Virus record (IMG/VR): IMGVR_UViG_3300017779_000001
Length of the DNA stretch: 64,000 bases
Direction: 5' to 3' (one strand)
Source: a virus
Positions within the stretch are counted from its first letter, which is position 1; each line of letters opens with the position of its first letter. A program made the translations under genes and the position numbers. Shown here in pieces: positions 56,713-64,000 of this stretch. The notes under the pieces are model-generated. The model searched no databases. It was not told the DNA's origin and saw only the letters and a list, made by a program, of their open reading frames with translations.

Positions 56713-57918
56713 ATGGCAGTTAAGAATCTACATTTAGAACATCTCGAAGACGAAATCATTAATAATGGAATTGATGGTGGAAGAGCAGCTATCAACTTCC
56801 TTCGTGGTCTTCGTGACATGATGAAGGGAAACTCCAAGAAAGGAGTCAACATGACTGTAAAGTGGGATGGAGCTCCTGCTATATTCTGTGGTCTACATCC
56901 CGAAACAAATCAATTCTTTGTTGCAAAGAAATCACTCTTCAACAAGGAACCTAAATACTACACTTCCGAACAACAAATCAAAGATGCAGATGAACTAAGT
57001 GGAGACTTAGAAACAAAGTTCATTGAATCATACAAACACTTATCTAAACTAACATGGACTAATGTCATGCAAGGTGACTTGATGTTTACAGAGTCAGATA
57101 AGAAAGAAAAGAACATCGATGGTACACAATGTATCACATTCCAACCCAACACTATCTTATATGCAGTAGACAAAACTTCTCAGTTGGGTCTAACTATTGA
57201 TGATGCAAAATATGGTATTGTGTTTCACACTACTTACAGTGGTGACACTATAGAAGACCTATCTGCATCATTCGGTGCATCCACTAGTTCATTAGGTTCA
57301 AACAGAGATGTGTGGATAGATGATGCATCATATAAAGATGAGAGTGGTAAGTCATCAATGACTGCAAAAGAAACACTTGAACTGTCCAAACACCTTACAC
57401 TATCGGGTAGAAACTTTCATCAGATAAAAAGAAAAGACTTGACTAAGTTCAATAAAGTCCAACAAGAATTTGCAAACAAAGGTATGGTAGGTGCATCATA
57501 TAAGACATACTGTAATTCAATGATTCGTACTGGTAAGTACAATCCTACTACATTAGGATATCTAAAACACGTAGAAGATAAGTGGAATGCAAAAATTAAA
57601 ACATACAAACAAGAAAAAACTAAACAAGCAAAAACTGAAATCAGAGACCAATTACTGAGAGAACTAAAATCAATCAAGAGAATGATTGATGGACTCACTG
57701 CATTCCAAAAAGGTTTGATGGATGCAAAACAATCAATCATCGTTGCACTCAACAGAGTTAAGAGTATTGGTACTTTTGTAAAAACTGATACAGGATACAA
57801 GGTAGTAAACCCCGAAGGATACGTTGCAATTGATAGAGATGGTAAAGCTGTCAAGTTAGTAGACCGTATGGAATTCTCACTAAATAACTTTACAGTTGCA
57901 AAGAACTGGGACAAATAA
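56713..57918 (+). CDS. conserved T4-like phage protein (ligase/nucleotidyltransferase-like motifs)
   Basis: KNLHLEHLED, TVKWDGAPA (KxDG), QGDLMF, PEGYVA, KLVDR.EFS. Confidence 0.6.
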   Translation: MAVKNLHLEHLEDEIINNGIDGGRAAINFLRGLRDMMKGNSKKGVNMTVKWDGAPAIFCGLHPETNQFFVAKKSLFNKEPKYYTSEQQIKDADELSGDLETKFIESYKHLSKLTWTNVMQGDLMFTESDKKEKNIDGTQCITFQPNTILYAVDKTSQLGLTIDDAKYGIVFHTTYSGDTIEDLSASFGASTSSLGSNRDVWIDDASYKDESGKSSMTAKETLELSKHLTLSGRNFHQIKRKDLTKFNKVQQEFANKGMVGASYKTYCNSMIRTGKYNPTTLGYLKHVEDKWNAKIKTYKQEKTKQAKTEIRDQLLRELKSIKRMIDGLTAFQKGLMDAKQSIIVALNRVKSIGTFVKTDTGYKVVNPEGYVAIDRDGKAVKLVDRMEFSLNNFTVAKNWDK

Positions 57919-59228
57919 TGAAAGAGTTTAAATCATTTATATCAGAAGCAAAAAGTAAACCAGCAGTGTTTACTTTTGGTCGTTTCAATCCACCTACAAA
58001 CGGACATGAAAAACTTGTAGACCAAATGGTCAAAGTGTCTAAACAAGTAGGAGGGGAACCCATCCTGTTCTCATCACACTCTAGTGACAAAGTAAAGAAT
58101 CCACTTACACATAAAGACAAAGTCAAATTTTTAAAATCATTCTTTGGTAGAAAAGTAAACGTAGTAAACGAAGACGTAAAACAGATATTTCAAATACTAG
58201 TGTTCTTATATGACAAAGGATACAGAAACATAGTTATGATTGTAGGTTCAGATAGGATTGCAGAATTCAAAAACATAATAACAAAATATAACAGTGTAAA
58301 AGGTAGACATGGTTTCTATAAGTTTGATGACATTTCAGTTGTATCAGCAGGAGAGAGAGACCCCGATGCAGATGATGTAAGTGGGATGTCTGCATCTAAG
58401 ATGAGAATGTTTGCAGAGAAAGGTGACCTTGAGTCATTCACAGAAGGTGTTCCATCTTCAGGTAAGAGACTTGCAAAGAAATTATACAATGCAGTAAGAA
58501 AGGGAATGGGTATCAAAGAGGTTACACAATTTCCAAAGTATATGATTGATGACATGTTGAATGAAGGACTGTTAACTGAAGGAGTGTACGACCAAGGTAT
58601 CTTCAAGGCAGTGTTCCTCATGGGTGGGCCAGGTTCAGGTAAGTCAACTGTGGTTGATAAACTTGCACTACCATCACTAGGTTTAAAACTAGTAAACACT
58701 GATAGAGCATTTGAGAATGGTTTGAAGAAAGCAGGTATGTCATTAGATTTAAGAAAAGCATCTGATGATGACTATGCACCTATCAGAGCAAAGGCAAAGA
58801 AGATTACAGGTAAACAAATGGGTGCATATATCAATGCAAGATTAGGAATGATATTTGACACTACAGCTGCAAAGAAATCTAAGATTCAAGATTACAAAGA
58901 TTTACTAGACCAAGCAGGATATGAATATAAAATGGTCTATGTAAAAACATCACTTAAGAATGCACTCAAAAGAAATCAGATGAGACCAAGAAAACTCAGA
59001 GACGACATAGTCATAAACGATTGGAATAATGCAGAGAAGAATGCAAAACAATTTAAACAGATGTTTGGAAGAGACTTCATTGAAGTAGTCAATGACGATG
59101 ACCTTGCATCATTAGATACAAAGGTAAACAAACTGTTTGGTAAAGTCATGACATGGGCATCTAAGTTCCCTACAAATGATAAAGCACAAGATTGGAAACA
59201 ATCAGAACTCACCAAGAAAAAACGATAA
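57918..59228 (+). CDS. cytidyltransferase-like domain fused to P-loop kinase
   Basis: FTFGRFNPPT.GH, VGSDR, MSASKMR; second domain LMGGPGSGKST, IFDTT. Confidence 0.8.
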   Translation: MKEFKSFISEAKSKPAVFTFGRFNPPTNGHEKLVDQMVKVSKQVGGEPILFSSHSSDKVKNPLTHKDKVKFLKSFFGRKVNVVNEDVKQIFQILVFLYDKGYRNIVMIVGSDRIAEFKNIITKYNSVKGRHGFYKFDDISVVSAGERDPDADDVSGMSASKMRMFAEKGDLESFTEGVPSSGKRLAKKLYNAVRKGMGIKEVTQFPKYMIDDMLNEGLLTEGVYDQGIFKAVFLMGGPGSGKSTVVDKLALPSLGLKLVNTDRAFENGLKKAGMSLDLRKASDDDYAPIRAKAKKITGKQMGAYINARLGMIFDTTAAKKSKIQDYKDLLDQAGYEYKMVYVKTSLKNALKRNQMRPRKLRDDIVINDWNNAEKNAKQFKQMFGRDFIEVVNDDDLASLDTKVNKLFGKVMTWASKFPTNDKAQDWKQSELTKKKR

Positions 59229-59236
59229 ATAGTATT

Positions 59237-59878
59237 ATGTTAGATTTAATTAGAGAAAAGATAAAGACTGCACAAGACAAAGATGTCGAGGACAAGAAAG
59301 GTACCCAACCTAAAAGATACTACGCTGCAGATGCAGATGGTGATAAGATGTCTAAGAAGACAAAAGATAAACGTGCAGCTCATTTTGCAAAGAATTCTAA
59401 AAAGGACGATGATGACTCAAGTGCATATAAGAAAGCACCAGGCGATGCAAAGGCAGACACTAAACCATCACAGTACACTAAACAATACAAGAAGATGTTC
59501 GGTGAAGAACAATACACAGACTTAGACGAAGGAAAACTCGTAGGTAATACAGGTTTCATTATAGACACTCTTGCAAAAATGGTAAAGAGAGAAGTCGGTA
59601 AAGAGATGAGCTCAAGTAGAGAAAAGGGTGTAGTGTTAATGAACAAGATTGCACGTATGGTAGGTGCAAGTGTATCAATGTCACATAAAAGACCAACTAC
59701 AGACTTATTCATTAAATCAAGTTATGCATTCATAAATGACGGTGAAAACGTTGACGAAGAATGTTGGGACACACACATGCAAAAAGGTATGAAAAAGAAG
59801 GGAAACAAGATGGTTCCTAATTGTGTACCCAAAGAAGATAAGGATGCAGATAAAAAAATTAAGAAGGAGAAAAAATGA
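59237..59878 (+). CDS. modular basic late protein
   Basis: GATAAATA 5 nt upstream; APGD...TKPSQYT..YKKMFGE and CW...GMKKK....VPNCVP modules. Confidence 0.65.
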   Translation: MLDLIREKIKTAQDKDVEDKKGTQPKRYYAADADGDKMSKKTKDKRAAHFAKNSKKDDDDSSAYKKAPGDAKADTKPSQYTKQYKKMFGEEQYTDLDEGKLVGNTGFIIDTLAKMVKREVGKEMSSSREKGVVLMNKIARMVGASVSMSHKRPTTDLFIKSSYAFINDGENVDEECWDTHMQKGMKKKGNKMVPNCVPKEDKDADKKIKKEKK

Positions 59879-60795
59879 GTGGTAATAAACACGACAATGG
59901 TGTACATGAGATAGGTACATCAGAAATGAAAAATGCATATATGGAAGATACTCCAGGCCAAATGGTTGAGAGATACATCAAAGAAGCAAAAAAGAAAAAT
60001 GATGATGTAAAACAAAAGTTACACTTTAGTCAGAAGTTTGATAATCCTTTGAAAGGTTTCCCATATAACGAATCAGTAGAGGTTGATGAAGGTGCATTCT
60101 ATGGTAGAGATGATTTGGTAAAACAATTTGCACCCACTAAAGCACAGAAAAAACTCAATGTCAGATTAGTTAAAAATGACAAAAAGGGATACTCACGTGC
60201 AACTTTAAACATCAAGAAAGACAAGAAGAAGATTGCACAACTTAAGAAGGATGGGTATAAAGTAGACCCAACATACTACACTGAAGAATACATAGAAGAA
60301 GATGTTATGAGTTTTCTTTCAGTTGCACTACCAGCTTATATAGCAGTAAATACAGTCGCACTTGTAGGTCTTATAGCATCCGAAATGGCAGGAATTGATA
60401 TTATTGGTAAAACTGAAAAAGCAATAGAAAACATAAAAAGTAAATTCAAAAGAAATAAAAATTATAAACCTTCAAATAGTGAACTAGAAACTCTTAAAAA
60501 AGTTGGTCAGGAAATTAAAAAGAAAGACCCCAGTGCATATAAAAAGGCACAACAAAAAGTAAACAGCATGAAAGAATCTTTTGAACCTCTAGAAGAAGAT
60601 TCATTCGATGACAAGTCAAAGAAAAGTGGTATCAGTGTTGGTGTACTTAAGAAAGTATATAAACGTGGAGTCGCTGCATGGAAGACAGGACATAGGCCTG
60701 GTACAACACCTGAACAGTGGGGTCATGCAAGAGTGAATGCATTTATTGTCAAGAAGAAAAAAGGTAATTTAAACCACGACAAGGACTTAGCATGA
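59875..60795 (+). CDS. modular late protein
   Basis: C-terminal SGI....LKKVY.RG.AAW.TGHRPGTT..QWG.ARVN.F module. Confidence 0.65.
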   Translation: MSGNKHDNGVHEIGTSEMKNAYMEDTPGQMVERYIKEAKKKNDDVKQKLHFSQKFDNPLKGFPYNESVEVDEGAFYGRDDLVKQFAPTKAQKKLNVRLVKNDKKGYSRATLNIKKDKKKIAQLKKDGYKVDPTYYTEEYIEEDVMSFLSVALPAYIAVNTVALVGLIASEMAGIDIIGKTEKAIENIKSKFKRNKNYKPSNSELETLKKVGQEIKKKDPSAYKKAQQKVNSMKESFEPLEEDSFDDKSKKSGISVGVLKKVYKRGVAAWKTGHRPGTTPEQWGHARVNAFIVKKKKGNLNHDKDLA

Positions 60796-61391
60796 AGACG
60801 TTGAGAGAACAAGGTGTTGATTTAGTTATTGAATCACTACAAGAAAACAACACCAACTTTTTAGACAATCCATATAGATTGGGGTCTACAATGTATTTTG
60901 AAGTAATTAAAGAAGTAAAACGATTAGTTGCAGAAGATAGATACAGATTAACAGAAGTTGACAAGATGACTATTGAAACAGACATAGGTCAATTTGAAAT
61001 TTTTGAAGGTGAATTAGTACCATTGGATTGTCCTATGGAAGAGACTGAACCTTCAATTTTCGAAAAGTTAAATCTAAAAGGTTTAACATTCGAAGAAAAG
61101 GATGAGAAGGAAAAGGAACTAAACAAACCTAAAAGGGGTGGAGCTAAGAAGTTCTATGTTTATGTCAAAGACCCTTCTTCAGGTAATGTAAAGAAAGTTA
61201 GTTTCGGTGCAAAAGACGGAGGGAGTAATCTATCAGTTAAGTTAGATGACCCCGAAGCAAGAAAGTCATTTGCAGCTAGACATAACTGTTCATCCCAAAC
61301 GGATAAAACATCAGCTGCCTATTGGAGTTGCAGACTACCACGTTATGCAAAACAATTAGGACTATCAGGTGGTGGTTCATTCTTTTGGTAA
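60792..61391 (+). CDS. modular late protein
   Basis: KKFYVYVK....NVKKVSFG....ARKSF.ARH.C.....KT.A.YWSC module. Confidence 0.65.
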   Translation: MKTLREQGVDLVIESLQENNTNFLDNPYRLGSTMYFEVIKEVKRLVAEDRYRLTEVDKMTIETDIGQFEIFEGELVPLDCPMEETEPSIFEKLNLKGLTFEEKDEKEKELNKPKRGGAKKFYVYVKDPSSGNVKKVSFGAKDGGSNLSVKLDDPEARKSFAARHNCSSQTDKTSAAYWSCRLPRYAKQLGLSGGGSFFW

Positions 61392-61405
61392 GATAGGAGT
61401 ATATT

Positions 61406-61630
61406 ATGAGTGGGGTGAGAACACTATATCACAATTACACATATGATAATAGACGTGCAAACGTTTATTCGACAGAACAAGGTTTCGAAGTAGACCTATA
61501 TATATCAGACAAACAAATTGCAACACGACAGGTTCACAACCATAGTGAATCTTATGCAGAAGACGTTGCAGATAATTGGTGTCAGAATTTTATTAAACAA
61601 ATTGATTTGAAAAAAGAGGAATTAGTATAA
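61406..61630 (+). CDS. hypothetical protein
   Basis: AGGAG RBS; HSE.YAED.A.NW. Confidence 0.6.
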   Translation: MSGVRTLYHNYTYDNRRANVYSTEQGFEVDLYISDKQIATRQVHNHSESYAEDVADNWCQNFIKQIDLKKEELV

Positions 61631-61992
61631 TGGCTATATCATTGAAAAAAAAGAAAGTGGTTGAAGAAACAAAACCACAACAACACTCGACTGTGGAGTA
61701 CGACCCCGATACATTGGAAGTTGAAGACCACTCGTTTGAGTTTGAGGCTCATCTAAGAGATGACACTAACGACAGATTATTACATATCTACAGTAGTAAC
61801 ACTAATCGTAGACATGCATGTATCTATGTAGTCGAAGGTAATCCACTAAACGGTTATGAAATCGATTTAGTAGAAAACGGTGATTTAATTGCAACAAACC
61901 CGATGCCTGATGAGACAGAATTTTACTGTCAATCATGGGCAGACAGATGGTCTGAAAAGAAAATCGAAGAGGGTGATAGAATAGAACTGTAA
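61630..61992 (+). CDS. hypothetical protein, paralogous to the previous ORF in its C-half
   Basis: NRRHA...GYEIDL...IAT...E.Y....AD.W mirrors NRRAN...GFEVDL...IAT...E.Y....AD.W. Confidence 0.55.
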   Translation: MAISLKKKKVVEETKPQQHSTVEYDPDTLEVEDHSFEFEAHLRDDTNDRLLHIYSSNTNRRHACIYVVEGNPLNGYEIDLVENGDLIATNPMPDETEFYCQSWADRWSEKKIEEGDRIEL

Positions 61993-62351
61993 TGGATTTT
62001 CCTTTCGAAGACATTGATAGAAGGAAGTACGGAACAGAACAAATCTACAAGATACGTAGATTTAAAGGTGAAGTAAATCCCGATGATTTGATATGGCATA
62101 GAGACAAAGAAACAAGACTTGTCACAGTGTTAAAATCAGTAGGATGGAAGTTTCAGTTTGACGAAAAACTACCATTCGAACTTGAGGTTGGAGAAAAGTT
62201 TGAAATTACTAGAGAAGTTTATCACAGAATAATAAAAGGAACAGGAGATTTGATACTAAGGATAGAAAACTTAGATAGATTTCCACCAACAAAGTATAAT
62301 AAAGACGGTTCTCCAAAGGACGGGTCGATTATACCACGAGGTAAGTTTTAA
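61992..62351 (+). CDS. cupin-like protein
   Basis: L.WHRD.E.R, GW.FQFD..LP, YHRIIKG. Confidence 0.55.
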   Translation: MDFPFEDIDRRKYGTEQIYKIRRFKGEVNPDDLIWHRDKETRLVTVLKSVGWKFQFDEKLPFELEVGEKFEITREVYHRIIKGTGDLILRIENLDRFPPTKYNKDGSPKDGSIIPRGKF

Positions 62352-62372
62352 AAAAACATAAATAATAGTACT

Positions 62373-62942
62373 ATGAGTTATAAATCAGAAAACTGGAAAG
62401 AAAAACTAGAACAAGTCCGTGGACACATAACTTTCAAAGAAGGTAGTGTAGAGAAGACAGCTGACGACATCTTAAACGAAGAGATAGAAAACGAACTAAC
62501 CACTGGATTTGAAGAAGATTCACTTCCTGAATTAGATGACGTAGAAGTAATTCTAGAGGCATCTGCTGGTGGAATGATTGATAAGTTATTCAATCTCAAG
62601 GGTGATAAAGATTCACAATACGGTGTTGCAAAGATGTTATCTATGACTGGTGTCAAAGTAGTCCAGTCAATGCAGAAACAAAATCCACAAGGATTTGCAA
62701 AGTTAGTTGCACAATTAGGTAAAGAGAAAAAGATTACATTACCTACCAACAACAAACTAATGAAAATGTTCAAAGATGCTGGTGTAAAACCTCTTCCTGA
62801 GGAAACCGAAACACCCGAAAAAACTATAGAAAAACTAACAGAAAGAAACATGTTAGGTAGACTTGCAAAACAATTACATTTAACAAAGGAAGGAAAGAGG
62901 AAAATGTTCAAGTACTTCGAAGAGGGGAGAGAAAATGATTGA
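62373..62942 (+). CDS. hypothetical late protein
   Basis: CATAAATA upstream; acidic linkers. Confidence 0.6.
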   Translation: MSYKSENWKEKLEQVRGHITFKEGSVEKTADDILNEEIENELTTGFEEDSLPELDDVEVILEASAGGMIDKLFNLKGDKDSQYGVAKMLSMTGVKVVQSMQKQNPQGFAKLVAQLGKEKKITLPTNNKLMKMFKDAGVKPLPEETETPEKTIEKLTERNMLGRLAKQLHLTKEGKRKMFKYFEEGREND

Positions 62943-63258
62943 TGAACTAACCAAATCATTAATTTTAACATCACGTGATATCTTAGAGGGTAAGAAACTT
63001 GACCCTGTAGGAAAAGAAGACGGTGATGTCGATAATGACGGAGACAAGGACGATTCAGATAACTATCTTGCAAAGAGAAGAGAAGCTATTGGTAAGGCAA
63101 TGAATGACGAAGGTAATGAATTCACTAAAGCACTTTCAGATGCAAGAAAAAACGGAGATAAAGACTTCGTAGTATCAGGTAAAAAGTACACATGTTCAGA
63201 AGTAGAAGACTACGAAGCTGACATGAAGAAGAAAGAGAAACTCAAAGAGAACGACTAA
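62935..63258 (+). CDS. hypothetical protein with Ca-binding-like loop
   Basis: LDPVGKEDGDVDNDGDKDDSD.YL.KRR.AI. Confidence 0.6.
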   Translation: MIDELTKSLILTSRDILEGKKLDPVGKEDGDVDNDGDKDDSDNYLAKRREAIGKAMNDEGNEFTKALSDARKNGDKDFVVSGKKYTCSEVEDYEADMKKKEKLKEND

Positions 63259-64000
63259 TGAACCTATTTCACGAAGCAAAAAAAGTTTTAGATACAGACG
63301 GAAAGGTAAACCCCTTAGGCCCGTATGGAAGACAGAAGTTAACAGGTAGAGAAATATCTACTTATTTCCGTAGGAATCCTGTTAAAGATGCAAACTTAAA
63401 GAAAGCAGTGCAAGTTGCACTTGATTTAGGTGGTGCAGATTCTATTGCTCGAAAAGAAATCAAAAGTTTTTACGGTGATAAAATTCTCAAAGCAAAAGAA
63501 GTACAAAATGCATTACAATATGCAAACGAATCAGTAAATCTAGGTGAGAACTACAGGACTGCAGCTAGACATGGTATGGGTACTGAAGGTAAGAAAGAGG
63601 CAAGAGTCGGTTTAGAATTAGACTATTACGATAAAACTGGTACAAAGTACATGGGTAAAATCGTAAAGAAAGATTCAAAAGGTTACACAGTCAAAGATGA
63701 CAAAAGTGGTAAGATGCATACGTTTGTCTATCACGACAGAATCAAGGCAAGAAAATTCTTACAGAAAGTTGGTGAAGAAGGTGATGCAGAAGCCAAAGCA
63801 AAATTAAACCTTAAACATGTGCAAGACATGGAGAAGTTAAAGGGTAAACAGACAAGAGAAAAAGAAAATATGTCTGAACACAAAAATATTTTAGATGCTT
63901 ACAAACAAATGTGGGAAGATGGTGTGAAATATGCACCTATAGATGAGAACATGGAACGGAAAATCATGTCTAAGATGAGAAAAGGAAAAGCACCTAAAGG
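63258..64000 (+). CDS. modular late protein, 3' truncated (not in ORF track)
   Basis: TAATG coupling; open to window end (MNLFHEAKKVLDTDGKVNPLGPYG...). Confidence 0.65.
   Translation, partial: MNLFHEAKKVLDTDGKVNPLGPYGRQKLTGREISTYFRRNPVKDANLKKAVQVALDLGGADSIARKEIKSFYGDKILKAKEVQNALQYANESVNLGENYRTAARHGMGTEGKKEARVGLELDYYDKTGTKYMGKIVKKDSKGYTVKDDKSGKMHTFVYHDRIKARKFLQKVGEEGDAEAKAKLNLKHVQDMEKLKGKQTREKENMSEHKNILDAYKQMWEDGVKYAPIDENMERKIMSKMRKGKAPK

Noticed and set aside
587-63073. Numerous minus-strand ORFs in the track (e.g. 11216-11713, 36867-37499, 62378-63073)
   Set aside because: Ser/Phe/Leu-rich shadows of + strand genes, with no RBS, promoter or motifs.

Overview
64 kb of an AT-rich T4-like myovirus genome, probably marine. 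The host is likely a proteobacterium, but that is a weak inference from auxiliary genes. Almost all genes are on the + strand. In order, the window holds: the head/neck/tail core (gp13-gp23, gp3), UvsY/UvsW, gp55, gp47/46, peptide deformylase, tRNA-Ala/Ser, an early region with four near-identical sigma70 promoters and a VWA/MoxR-AAA pair, gp45/44/62/regA, a late-promoter module (CsgF, CsgG, curlin, FecR, curlin, IscU, CHASE2 cyclase), Hsp20 and peroxiredoxin, a 7-deazaguanine DNA-modification cluster (queD, queE, queC, folE, dpdA-like), lysozyme, gp43, UvsX, gp41, tRNA-Arg, a lipoprotein, and a block of probable capsid-packaged modular proteins. Main observations beyond the gene list: (1) a genome-wide footprint in which GATC, CCAGA and GGWCC appear avoided and all 21 CCWGG sites I found overlap GGC on one strand, which predicts the target motif of the phage DNA modification; (2) the curli-secretion + FecR + CHASE2-cyclase module, a candidate phage-encoded trans-envelope signalling system; (3) several structured non-coding RNA candidates; (4) pervasive leaderless gene architecture; (5) a signal-peptide gene overprinted on the cyclase; (6) capsid-targeted proteins, including a possible injected nuclease. 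All calls are by eye from motifs and synteny; no searches or k-mer counts were run.
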